DNA of 64,000 nucleotides, taken from positions 51,398,001-51,462,000 of the forward strand of contig CM126227.1 of the NCBI GenBank assembly GCA_052327205.1, in the 5' to 3' direction. Both the position numbers and the translations under genes were made by a program. Below the pieces are notes generated by a model, which saw only the letters and a list, made by a program, of their open reading frames with translations, did not search any database and was not told the DNA's origin. Origin of the DNA: Somniosus microcephalus. Its lineage: Eukaryota. Below are positions 35,651-48,204 of the stretch, piece by piece. Each line of letters opens with the position of its first letter. The stretch's first letter is position 1.

Positions 35651-36334
35651 CTCCCTGATTCTGGGGGGAATGGGCGCAAGATCACAGTGCATCAGCGCTC
35701 CCACACTGTTAGGCCGGAATTTTGCCGGCGCTCAGAGGGCGGGTTCGGAGGCGGGTGCGTTGTCAAAATCTAAAAGATTGACAGCGGGTCGGGATCCCGC
35801 CTCTGTGTCAGTTTCCCAAGTGCCGGGTCTGCCTGCGCTTTGCAGACCCGGCACTAAGCGGCGGGTGAGCCAATTGAGATAGTTAAGAGGGTCTTTAAAA
35901 GTAGTTGAACGGCATTTTACCACCTACTAGCCATTTTTCCAACTTTTTCACGAGGTACCCATCAGGTAAGTGTGTCGGGTTCTCTATGACTCTCCATTGC
36001 TGTGAAAAGGTGACAGCTGCAAAAGTGGTATAAACGCTGCCATTTCACAGCTGTTCACTTTCCAATGTCAAAAGCTTGAGCCTTCAAGATTTGGAAGACA
36101 CGTTTGAGCTGTATGCAGTTTGGAAGTGTTTGGGGTAAACTCTCTATCCACTGTCACTTCCTTGGAGCAACCTCTCTCACCACTGATAGATCGTTTCTGT
36201 CATCTCACTTCAGCTGTCATCTATTCCAGCAGCATCGGTGCCCTTGGTCCTCTGAATCCCACCACGATCAGCCCCAACACCAACATCACCAGGCACACCA
36301 GCAGCACCAACAACAACATCAACCTTCTCTGGAA

Positions 36335-36697
36335 TTTGTGGCAAACGTGGCAGCCAATTTGCGTACAGCAAGCTCCCACAAACAGCAATGTGGTAATGAC
36401 CAGATAATGTTTTTGTTATGTAGATTGAGGGATAAATATTGACCAGGACACCGGGGATAACTCCCCTGCCCTTCTTCGAAATAGTGCCATGGGATCTTTT
36501 ACATGCACCTGAGAGAGTAGACGGGGCCTCGGTTTAACGTCTTATTCGAAAGACGGCACCTCCGACAGTGCAGCACTCCCTCAGTACTGCACTGGAGTGT
36601 CAGCCTAGATTTTTGTCTTCAAACCCCTGGAGTGGGACTTGAACCCACAACCTTCTGATTTCAGAGGCGAGTGCGCTACCCATTGATCCACAGCTGC
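36335..36697 (-). mobile_element. Deu-domain tRNA SINE copy
   Basis: Reverse complement of the family core (AAAGATCCCATGGCACTATTTCGAAGAAG...GGTGTCCTGGTCAATATTTATCCCTCAA). Confidence 0.8.
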
Positions 36698-37531
36698 TGT
36701 GTTAAATTGGCAGAAATGCTATAATATGAATTATGTATTTATATATTCCAATTGAAGAATTCTACAATCATTGCTCTGTGTTCTCCTGCAAGTGCCAATA
36801 TCTTATATTCAGAGTTGGAACTATATCACATAGTCAATGATTTGATTGGCCAAGAGCCAGTTTCAAAGTCTGGTTTCTTAACGAATCAGGAGTAGGGTTA
36901 TTGATGTTTATCCTGCTGGCATCAGCAGAGCAACAGATCAAACGGCCGATACATTGTGAAGGGAGGTCCTGTTCTTGGTTGCTTTCCAGTAACTCCAACT
37001 GGAACTATACATGTCTAAGCACAGGAAATACGGCTGCGATGCCCTCTCTGTTTAAGAAGCCTCACTCACCTCTAGACTCACAAATTAATGATGGCCACTT
37101 TCATGGGGCAACAGACAGTGACCAATACCCATGGAATCACACCTGAGCAAAGGGCGGTGACTTCAGGGAGGGAAGACGATGAAATGGAAGGAGACAATAT
37201 TGGCAAGAAAAATAGCTGTGGTTTGAAATCCCTCTGAGTGGGAGTGGAAAATTATGGGGAGTGCGGAACTGGTCCACGTGTTGGAACAGGAAACCAAATG
37301 GAGGGGAAAACCATTACTGGAATTCTTGTGGAAATTCTCATTATAACATAGCTGTGACATAAACCCTTTCACCCAGCTGCACAGGTGCTTAAGCATATTT
37401 ACTTTTGTTTCATAGCCTTAAAATTAGGCCATTCAGGAGTGAAATCTGGAACTCACTCCCCCAAAAGTGGATGCTGGGTCAATTGAAATTTTGCAGACCA
37501 AGATAGACAGATTTTTGTTAAGTAAGGGATA

Positions 37532-38460
37532 GAAACATAGAAGATAGGAGCAGGAGTAGGCCATTTGGCCCCTCGAGCCTGCTCCGCCATTCAATGCGAT
37601 CATGGCTGATCATCCAAATTCAGTACCCCTTGATCCCTTTAGCCTTAAGAAATATATCCAACTCCTTCTTGAATATATTTAATGAACTGGCCTCCACCGC
37701 CCTCTGTGGCAGAGAATTCCACAGGTTCACCACTCTCTGGGTGAAGAAATTCCTCCTCATCTCAGTCCTAAATGGCTTACCCCTTATCCTTAGATTATGA
37801 CCCCTAGTTCTGGACCCCACGGCCATCGGGAACATCCTTCCTGCATCTAGTTTGTCCAGGCCTGACAGAATTTTATAGGTTTCGATGAGATCCCCTCTCA
37901 ATCTTCTAAACTCCAGTGAGTATAAGCCCAATTGACACAATCTCTCCTCATACGTCATTCCTGCCATCCCAGGTATCAGTCTGGTGAATCTTTGCTGTAC
38001 TCCCTCCATGGCAAGAACATCCTTCCTCAGATAAGGCGACCAAAACTGCACACAATACTCAAGGTGCGGTCTCACCAAGGCCCTGTACAACTGCAGCAAG
38101 ACATCCTTGTTCCTGTACTCGAACCCTCTCGCTACGAAGGCCAACATACCATTTGCCTTCTTAACCGCCTGCTGCACCTGCATGCTTACCTTCAGCGACT
38201 GGTGCACAAAGACGCCCAGGTCTCTTTGCACTTCCCCTTCTCCCAATCTATTGCCATTCAAATAATAATCTGCCTTCCTGTTTTTGCCACCAAAGTGGAT
38301 AACCTCACATATATCCACATTATAGTGCATTTGCCATGTTTCTGCCCAATCACCCAACCTGTCCAAATCATACTGGAGTTTCACGACATCCTCCTCACAG
38401 CACACCCTCCCACCCAGCTGTGTGTCGTCTGCAAATTTGGAGATATTACATCCAATTCCC
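37532..38460 (-). mobile_element. 5'-truncated young CR1 LINE nested in an older plus-strand CR1 3' end (about 37425-37531 and 38461-38570)
   Basis: Uninterrupted 261-aa ORF2 C-terminus (LYRALVRPHLEYCVQFWSP...RRLRGDLIE...FFTQRVVNLWNSLP) and CR1 tail. Confidence 0.9.
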
Positions 38461-38719
38461 TCTGATACGGAACAAAGTAAATGGAGTTGAGGTACAGATC
38501 AGCCATAATCTAACTGAATGATGGAAGAGGCTTGAGGGGCTGAATGGCCTCCTCCTGTTCCTATGTTTCTGGTTAATGCTCATTAATTAATTCTCCAAAT
38601 CTATCAGTATTTGAATTTTTCACATAGTAATTCTGTTTTGTTTTAAAAGGGTGCTCACTTCATACCTCTGTCCACCTGTCAGTCACCACAGGCCCTCATC
38701 AGCAAATAAGAGGGTTGGC

Positions 38720-39386
38720 AGGGGACCAGCTGCCCAGACGGTGGCCCACCCGTCTCCCTGGGGACCTGCTGCCCAGACGGTGGCCCACCCGTCTCCCTGG
38801 GGACCTGCTGCCCAGACGGTGGCCCGCCCGTCTCCCTGGGACCTGCTTCCCAGGCGGTGGCCCACCCGTCTCCCTGGGGACCTGCTGCCCAGACAGTGGC
38901 CCACCCATCTCCCTGGGGACCTGCTGCCCAGACAGTGGCCCATCAGTCTCCCTGGGGACCTGCTGCCCAGACAGTGGCCCACCCGTCTCCCTGGGGACCT
39001 GCTGCCCAGACAGTGGCCCACCCATCTCCCTGGGGGCCTGCTGCCCAGACAGTGGCCCACCCATCTCCCTGGGGGCCTGTTGCCCAGACAGTGGCCCACC
39101 CGTCTCCCTGGGGGCCTGCTGCCCAGACAGTGGCCCATCAGTCTCCCTGGGGACCTGCTGCCCAGACAGTGGCCCACCCGTCTCCCTGGGGGCCTGCTGC
39201 CCAGACAGTGGCCCACCCGTCTCCCTGGGGGCCTGCTGCCCAGACAGTGGCCCACCCGTCTCCCTGGGGACCTGCTGCCCAGACAGTGGCCCATCAGTCT
39301 CCCTGGGGACCTGCTGCCCAGACAGTGGCCCACCCGTCTCCCTGGGGGCCTGCTGCCCAGACGGTGGCCCACCCGTCTCCCTGGGG
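38720..39386. repeat. 39-bp minisatellite (GGGACCTGCTGCCCAGACAGTGGCCCACCCGTCTCCCTG)n, about 17 copies
   Basis: 13-aa periodic ORFs in several frames. Confidence 0.96.
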
Positions 39387-39631
39387 ACCGTGGAGACTAT
39401 CCATCTCTGACCAGTGCTGCTTCACAGTGGAGCAACTGAGCTCACTCTCCTATTGAAAGGAGCTGGAATGCTGATACTCCAGCATTCTGTGCCAATGTGC
39501 CCTCCTTCCTTTCACATACTGCTTATGCCTCCAGTTGGCAATTGATGACCATTAAAGAGATTTAACAGGAAGATGTTGGGTGAAATCAGCTGTCATGGCA
39601 AACCCTCCATTCTTCTACTGTAGCAGCTTAC

Positions 39632-39734
39632 CGTAGCTTCTGAATATTGGATGCAATTCCCGAAAGTCGGTAGATGCCGTCCACAACTCCATGTCTCTCA
39701 ATAAAATCCGTGCAGCTTTTGAGTACCTGGGGGA
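39632..39734 (-). CDS. ARHGAP32: ARHGAP32 coding exon (VPQVLKSCTDFIERHGVVDGIYRLSGIASNIQKLR) with the RhoGAP arginine finger
   Basis: Acceptor cttcAG 39736-39735, donor GTAAG 39631; 103 nt; joins previous exon G|TC=Val; GIYRLSG catalytic motif. Confidence 0.95.
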
Positions 39735-41842
39735 CTGAAGAGAAGGGGGGACTCGTTACAAACTCAGAAAAAACAGCACATTCCTCGCAGGTACAAAGCA
39801 AGGGAAACAGCCACATCTACCTTTACAATCAGGTGATCAATTTCCTTTCCTAGCCTCCTCCAACAGGTAAGCTGTGGGTATAAACTGTTAAGTACAACTA
39901 TGTACAGGTATCATGAAACCCACCTGGAAATGTATGAGACAGGTGCACCGTTCAGGTATGTGTTGAGAGAACATCTACTTTTCGTCATTTTTAGCCCTGG
40001 GAGTATCTCAGAGTCACCTCATCTGAACCAACGCTCCCTCGCCATCTAATCTGGTAAGTGCAGCTAGTCCTATGTGCCAGAGGCCAGCCTGTTTTGGGAA
40101 CACTACCACTCAATTTCTGCATGAAGACAAATTAATTAGGCTCAACTGTCCAACTTACACAATCATACAAAGGACGATTCTGCAAAACTGTCTGGATGCT
40201 CAGGCTAGGACAAGGGACAACTTCATTTACTCCAAGTTTATCTGTAAACTGTTGGTACAGAGAGTTCCCATCCCACTGGTTTTCACCGCGAGTGAGCTCC
40301 TGGATTGTGTTTCCAGGCAGATGTTTTGCTCGTCTCATTGTAGTGTTTTCACCAAATGTTTATTGAAGTGGCTACACCTTCATCAGTTTCAGTGACCAAA
40401 TAAATCAACTATAAAATAAGGAAAATCACCCCTCCCAAGAACAGTGTACCCTTTGAGGGCACGAGGGCTGTTTCTGTTCTGCAAATTAAAGCATTTATAG
40501 GTTCTTTTACGATGCTCCCTCTGCTTAAATGGGATCACAATAAGCTCGCTGCTAAAATAATTGAAGATCAAAACAAAGCAGGTTTTCACTGTCCTGACAG
40601 ACTGGAGCCTCCGAAGAGATGAGAAGCTCCTGAGTATTGTCAGCGCTGACGGACGTGTCTTGCCAGAGTTTCTCACTGGTCCACAGGTGTGCCAATAAAA
40701 ACAGAACAAGCCATGGCAGAATCTCGGGCAATACCGGGACGTCTGCGCTCGTTAGTACACTGACACAAACGTGCACCATTGAACAGGTCAGTCAACTAAA
40801 CAGAATCGTTGGTATATATGTTATAACACGGCACTGAGTCTCCAGGACAAGATTTGTAATGGTAGTAAATTCCATTACTCCATTATCACTATCTGTTTTT
40901 GGTCGCACGTTCAGTTAGTAGATTTTGAAAACTGCATGAAAGAAAAATGCAGTCAGCCCTTAAGGGGCTAAAAAGCAGCTGGTTTTGAGGCCGGAGCACA
41001 TGTGAAGGATTGAGGGAATTTATGTTGTCTTCAACTTGTCCGACATCTGAAGACACATTAGTGGGTAAACACTCCTCCAATACGATGGGAACCTGCCCCC
41101 GCTAGCACTCTATCGCACGCCTGTAGAACCTTACCTCTTTAGTCAAAAATGAGCATCTTTGGAGCATCAGTAACGGATGGATAAGGAAATGTAAGCCTCC
41201 CAATGGATTCTCACACAGATGGAGCCAATCTGACAGTCTGACCACAAGATAATATAGTCGGATGTTAATCAGTATGGCTCCCCAATGGTTCAGTGGACAG
41301 TGTGGTATTGAGTCATAAATAACACAAAGGTTGCAAGTTCAATCCCTGATGTGCTAACTTTAGAAAATAAAGACTTGTACTTATATAACTCCTCTCAGGT
41401 ACATCCCAAAGCGCTTCACAAACAATGAACTACTTCAAACTTGCTGCGAAGAGCGTTTACATTTTATTGCGTAGGGTAAGACAGCAGAGGTTTTACACAG
41501 CCTACCAGCAGCACGGAGATGAATGACCAGTTAATCTGATTTGGGTCTCTGGTTGAGGGAAGAGTGTTGGCCGTGACACTGAGAGAACTCCCTGTTCTTC
41601 CCTGGATTAAACTGTTACTCACTGCATTAACCAGCTGAGCTACTGGGGAGCCCTCAAATATTTTTAACTAGGCCAGGTTCAGTGCTCCCTGTCTGTGATG
41701 AAAGGGTAGGGGATGTTCATTAAATAATCACTGACAGCTGAGGATTCTATCACAGATACAGACACTGGATTTAAAACAGGAATGTCAGCTCCTGTACAGC
41801 TTATACAAACCTCATGTGGTTGCACTTTTGTATCACATCCTA

Positions 41843-42258
41843 GTGTCAGCTGTGGCTCAGAGACTTCAGCACAAAACTCTAGGCTGACACTCCAGTGCAG
41901 TGCTGAGAGAGTGCTGCGCTGTCAGAGGTGCCTTCTTTCGGATGAGACGTTAAACTGAGGCCCCATTACTCTCTCAGGTGAACATAAAAGAACCCATGGC
42001 ACTATTTAGAAGAAGAGCAGGGGATTTACCCCCGGTGTCCTGACCAATATTTATCCTTCAATCAGCATAACAGAAACAGATTATCTGGTCATTATCACAT
42101 TGCTGGTTGTGGGAGCTTGCTGTGCGCAAATTGGCTGCTGCATTTCCTACATTACAACAGTGACTACACTTCAAAAAGTACTTCATTGGCTGTAAAGCGC
42201 TTTGGAACATCAGGTGGTGGTGAAAGACGCTTTAGAAATGCAAGTCTTTCTTTCTTTC
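41843..42258 (+). mobile_element. Deu-domain tRNA SINE copy (head partly deleted); further partial copy at 42762-42980
   Basis: GGATGAGACGTTAAACTGAGGCCCC...CCATGGCACTATTT...GGTGTCCTGACCAATATTTATCC core; tail AAATGCAAGTCTTTCTTT. Confidence 0.8.
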
Positions 42259-42443
42259 AGATTTTTACAAGATATGAACCTTACAATAACTTCAGTGCTC
42301 TATAGGTACGAATGTGTCAACACTTGGTGACATTCAACACTGAGTGTAGAGACACCAAGTCAGAATCTTCACAACAAACTTTGCCAGCATGTACACCAAC
42401 CCCTCTCCCTATCAAAACAGAAAGGCAGATATTATAAGATATA

Positions 42444-42756
42444 CAGGAAACTTTGTGTTATCCGGAGGCTAAATGTCCGGCAAGCTCGAGCCACCCGCAA
42501 AAATCAGGAGCCGTTTTTTTTCTTTTCGTTGCTTTTTTCTCAACAGTCAAGCTCTGCAAGGTCTGTAGCTAAGCAACAGCTTCAGCTAGAGACGCTACAG
42601 AGACGCTTGCCGACTGTTTAGAAGCTGTTGGGTTTGTTGATTCACACGGAGCTGAAAATCTCCGTATCTTTCAACATTAGCGCTGGAGTGTCCGGCAGTT
42701 TTGAGGGAATGGCAACAGCTCGGTCCCGTCGGTGCCGGCTAGCACAAAGTTTCCTG
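42444..42756. mobile_element. Tigger-like MITE, second copy
   Basis: TA|CAGGAAACTTTGTG...CACAAAGTTTCCTG|TA. Confidence 0.85.
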
Positions 42757-43329
42757 TACTATGGCCAATATTTATCCCTCAACCCACGTCACTAAAACAG
42801 ATTATCTGGTCGTTATCTCATTGCTGTTTGTAGGACCTTGCTGTGCGCAAATTGGCTGCCGTGTTTCCCTATAATACAACAGTGACTACACTTCAAAAGT
42901 ACTGAATTGGCTATTGCGCTTTGGGATGTCCCGGGGTCATGAAAGGTGCTATATAAATGCAAGTCTCTCTCTTTTTCTTTACCTAAATGTAAGATGGAAG
43001 ACAATGTGTATTGTATGTGTCGCCTCCAGCTCCAAGCAATGTTACGGTCTCAACTGCTGTCAGGTGTCCAAAGCAAACTGACCTTTAGATGGCCAGCGGA
43101 TTACAGTTGATAGCTTTATCCACTGAAGTGCGACAAATGATAAAAATCTTAATTACCCGATCAGTGATAAGAAGCCCATTTGATAACAAATGGAGGCACT
43201 GTAACATGAAAGTGGGTAACCATATAGTTGAGTTAGCTTTGTAGTCCTCAGTTCCCTGACTTTGCACTGCCTCCACCATGTGAGGGTGTGAAGAAGGGGC
43301 TCCACGAGAGTCAGATCCCATGTAGTTTC

Positions 43330-43566
43330 TGAAGGCGCCGAACACCTTGAGTCTCTTCGCCGGGAGCAAGCGGAAGCCAAGCGCAGGCAGCGCAAGGAGC
43401 GCACGTCAACCCAAGCACCCCACCCACCCGCCCCTTCAACCACCGTCTGCCTCACCTGTGACAGAGACTGTAGGTCCCGCATTGGACTCATCAGTCACCT
43501 GAGAACTCATTTTTAATGTGGAAGCAAGTCATCCTCGGTTCCGAGGGACTGCCTAAGAAGAAGAGG
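43330..43566 (+). mobile_element. RTE-clade LINE 3' end
   Basis: Hand translation EAKRRQRKER...CLTCDRDCRSRIGLISHLRTH (C-terminal zinc finger), short 3' UTR and (AAG)n tail. Confidence 0.75.
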
Positions 43567-44879
43567 AGTTTCTACTAGAGTTTCTCTCATAAGCGATTGA
43601 AAAGAATTTGGACTTTTTTTGTTTTGAAACAGTTTATTGCACTTCTCGTACTTTCCTGCTTCTTAGTGCATCTGTGTATTCTATTTGTAAATGAATCTAT
43701 TAGTTTAGCTTTCACACTTTGGTTTGATGGTCTGATTTTTTTCCAATTACCCATTTAATGTGATATCGGCCACTAGAGATCACACAGGATGCCCATTCAC
43801 CATACTTGAAAGAATAAAGAACATGTTGGGCAATCCATGTGATCTCCAGTGACTGATATCACATTGAAAGGTTAATTGGCAATCCTGGACACACTACCTC
43901 AGACAAGGCATGGATTAGGGCACAGACTTTGGTTCATAGAAGATTGAAATTCTGATCAATCTGAGGAACCCTTTGTCCCTGTTCAGTCCTTTTTGAATGG
44001 ATGCATCCTGTTTCCATGTTGTCCTCCTCACTTGCAGATTCCAAAATTTGTTTTTTTGCTGTGGTGGAACAAAGCCCAACTGTAACAGCCCAGTTTGTGC
44101 CTGACTGAGTCAGTGGGTGGGGAGGGCTGGGATTGACTTCAGTGCCCCAGACTAGCAAGGAGGAAAATGAATTTAGCCTGGATTCCCACTGCCATTCACT
44201 GTTGGATGGGAACAGAACGGGGTTCAGCTATAATGTTCCCCACACTTGAACAGCCTACCAACATTCAGCAAGTTCATTCCTGAAGGCTGCCCACGTGGCT
44301 GGGGTACTCGAGTCACGCTTTCAGGCAACGAGGGATTAAAGTCAGGGAAAAATCTACCAGCTGGAAAAACTTCAGGGGAATCGCTGCGTGTGGGAGCAGT
44401 CACTTTAACTTTCTGCTCTGTACAAATTCCTGACAGCCATCAAATATGACCTTTTCAAACCCTTTCTAATCAGTACATGGAATTTACCAAGCAGCCTATG
44501 AGATGCCTTTCTAATGAGCACTGAGCTTCCAATTACTCGACCCCACTGAGAGCAGCAACCCCCAACAGGGCATCATTTAACGAACCTGTATCAGCATGCA
44601 ATCCAGCATCAATGTCTGCAACGCTGACCATCCAGTCGCTCCATACTCAGCAGTTGCAGTTGACCGGAGATGGCAGCTCCTTCACCTCTCACTGCCTCTC
44701 TCTTTCACACACTGTACTGAACCATGATTGTACTGTTACATCAATTCCACTTATCATTTCTCTCTGTGTTTTTTGACATTCCATGCTCCCATCTTCTGAT
44801 ACGAATAAGGCATATCCACACCTGAAACATAAACTTGTCTGTTCTATCCCCAGATTCTCACTGACCTGCCGGGTGCCTC

Positions 44880-46120
44880 CTATAGGACCCCCCCATCCAC
44901 AGGCCTTCCTCCTACAGGCCCCCCCTCCTACAGGCCCCCCCCCTTACAGGCCCCCCCCCCCTACAGGCCCCCCCCCCTCCTACAGGCCCCTCTCCTACAG
45001 GCCTCCCTCTCCTACAGGCCCCCCTCCTACAGGCCCCCCTCTCCTACAGGCCCCCCTCCTACAGGCCCCCCCCCTCCTACAGGCCCCCACTCCTACAGGC
45101 CCCCCCTCCACAGGCCCTCCCTCTACAGGTCCCCCTCCTACAGGCGCCCCCCTCCTACAGGCCCCCCCCCTCCTACAGGCCCCCCCCCCCTACAGGCCCC
45201 CCTCCTACAGGCCCCCCCTCCTACAGGCCCCCCTCCTACAGGCGCCCCACTCCTACAGGCCCCCCCCTCCACAGGCCCTCCCTCCACAGGCCCCCCCTCC
45301 TACAGGCGCCCCCCTCCTACAGGCCCCCCTCCTACAGGCCCCCCCTCCACAGGCCCTCCCTCCACAGGCCCCCCCTCCTACAGGCGCCCCCCTCCTACAG
45401 GCCCCCCTCCTACAGGCCCCCCCTCCTACAGGCCCCCCTCCTACAGGCCCCCCCCTCCTACAGGCCCCTCTCCTACAGGCCTCCCCCTCCTACAGGCCCC
45501 CCTCCTACAGGCCCCCCCCTCCTACAGGCCCCCCCTCCTACAGGCCCCCCTCCTACAGGCCCCCCTCCTACAGGCCCCACTCCTACAGGCCCCCCCTCCA
45601 CAGGCCCTCCCTCTACAGGTCCCCCTCCTACAGGCGCCCCCCTCCTACAGGCCCCCCCCTCCTACAGGCCCCCCCTCCTACAGGCCCCCCTCCTACAGGC
45701 CCCCCTCCTACAGGCCCCCCCTCCTACAGGCCCCCCCTCCTACAGGCGCCCCCCCTCCTACAGGCCCCCCTCCTACAGGCGCCCCACTCCTACAGGCCCC
45801 CCCTCTACAGGCCCCCCCTCCTACAGGCGCCCCCTCCTACAGGCGCCCCCCTCCTACAGGCCCCCCTCCTACAGCCCCCCCTCCTACAGGCCCCCCCCTA
45901 CAGGCGCCCCCTCCTACAGGCGCCCCCCTCCTACAGGCCCCCCTCCTACAGCCCCCCCTCCTACAGGCCCCCCCTCCTACAGGCCCCCCTCCTACAGCCC
46001 CCCCTCCTACAGGCCCCCCCTCCTCCAGGCCCCCCCTCCTACAGGCCCCCCCTCCACAGGCCCTCCCTCTACAGGCCCCCCTCCTACAGGCCCCCCCTCC
46101 TACAGGCCCCCACCCTACAG
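44880..46120. repeat. C-rich minisatellite, about 15-18 bp unit (CCTACAGGCCCCCCCT)n
   Basis: Tandem periodicity; source of the Pro-rich ORF 44783..46318. Confidence 0.96.
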
Positions 46121-48204
46121 CCCACCCCAACTTCACCGCCCTGCCTGTGTCACTATCCTACTAGAAGGTATGTGTGCACAGGGGAGAGGGGGGTCAACAC
46201 CTCCCAGTTCAGACACAGATCATTACAGGTCACTGAAGAGCTCCATCCCATCCCACCACCCCACAAACTGACAATGTTGAATTCTGTAAGGAAGATTCAC
46301 AAACACTGGCTCAGGTAAATGGTTCACTTTAGTGATGGGTCCAATCCCTGGGAGGAATAATTAAAAAAATTAGGAGTAAGAAGGGAAGTCAGGGGAAACA
46401 TTTTATCCAAAGGGTAATCGAGTTATGGAATAAGTTTCAAGAGAAGCCCATTGAAGTGGAGAATCTATAAATGAGATCAAGAGACAACTGAACATACTTC
46501 TGGAGCAATAAGGAGCTGAGGACCATGGTGACGAGGTGGGATGGTGGGGTTAATCTATGAACGTGGGGCAGGCTTACTGAGCCTAATAACACTTTCCTGC
46601 TCCTAAAAACTCTTCTGTTCTTAAGTCAACAGTCAGAGGCCTGGGGCACACATACTGGGTTAATTAAAGCAGCCTCTGCAAACTCTGACAATCACAAGTG
46701 GGGAACCAGTGGGCTCCGTTGTTTCTGCAATGAGAAGGACAACACGGAACCAAGATTCATCCATTCAAAATGGACTGATGGGAACAAAGGGTTCCTCAGA
46801 TACATCAGAATTTAAATCAGATAGCAGTACCAGCAGAGGCTCCCTGCACTCCGGGGGCCTGGTGTTCCTTCCCATGAACACTGTATCGCTACACTATTTT
46901 CCGGTGCTGATTTTATCCATTGAAGCAGCAACGCCCCAGTCCCGACTGCAAGTGCCCTCACTCCATGTACACAGCACGCAGGGTAACCAATGGGGAGCCA
47001 ATCGGAGCAGATTCCAATTTGAACCAGAGTTACAGTCGTGATGGCATGGGTCTGGATTTGCTCTCATTTTATAGGATGCATCATGGCAATGAGCATTGTT
47101 TGAGCATATTTTACTCTGAAACAGCTTTGATCAGAGTCAATTTCATTCAGTTATAAAGGCTGGTTTACAAGTCATTAAAATCACCATTTTAGTTCACAGG
47201 GATCATTCAGAAGCCACATTTGGTGAGGATCAGTTTGACTTTACTCACCTGTTTGCGGTAAGGAAGGGTGTTACCTCTGGAGTCTGAGAATGCTGCATTC
47301 CTCCAGCTCTGGCCACTTCCTTCGCCCCACCATTGGTAGCCGTGCCTTCAGCTGTCTAGGCCCCAAGTTTTGGAGTTCCCTTCCTAAACCTCGCTGGCTC
47401 TCCTCATCTCTCTCCTCCTTTAAGACGCTCCTTAAAACCTAACTCTTTGACCAAGCTTTTGGTCACCTGTCCTAATATCTCCTTCTTTGCCTATTTTAAT
47501 CTGAAAACACTCCTGTGAAGAGCCTTGGGATGTTTTACGACGTTAATTTCCCTTCTCCCTCGTGTATGCATCAAGCCTCCCCTCCAAATCAGTGCTCTCT
47601 GCTTCGACCACTCCATGTGGCAGGGAGTTCCACATTCTCACACCACTCTCTGTGTAAAGAAATTCCTCCTAAATTCTTTATTTGATCGGTTCGTGGCTTT
47701 CTTCTATTTATGTCCCCTTGTTTTGGTCTTACCCACAAGTGGAAACAGTTTCCCCACATCCACCCTTTCATCTTTCGATATTTGCAAAACACAGCGCTGC
47801 TAGAGTGGCAGTAAATCGACACATTTAGTACCATAACACATCAGGTGGCACAGCCAAATAAAGAGAAAGCTAAAAGGGTATGGGAAAGGGCAGACTCAGC
47901 ACAGCGTGAGGGCCCAAGAGGCCTCCTCCAGTGTGCAAAATTCAACCATTCTCCATTATCCACATAAGATGAGCTAAAGACCATTTGGCCCAACTATTCT
48001 ATGCCAATGTTTATACTCAATCTTATGCGGACAGTGGAGAATCGTTGGATTTTACACACAGGAGGAGGCCTGTGCTGAGTCTGAAAGAATTCTCCACTTA
48101 ATCCCACTCCCATGCCCCTTCCCCATGCCCTTTTAACTTTCCAATACACAGGAGATGCATTTAACAGGTGAAATAAATCAACATGGGCAGCAGGTAGGTT
48201 TTCA

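Noticed and set aside
38651-39456. 13-aa periodic ORFs and CRISPR-like regularity
   Set aside because: Head-to-tail 39-bp tandem repeat without unique spacers; eukaryotic context, no cas genes.
40389-41140. Unique-looking sequence with short ORFs and a minus GAG|GTAAGG donor near 41134
   Set aside because: In-frame stop immediately before the donor for a phase-1 join; no homology recognised.
44783-46318. 511-aa extensin-like Pro-rich ORF
   Set aside because: Translation of a C-rich minisatellite.
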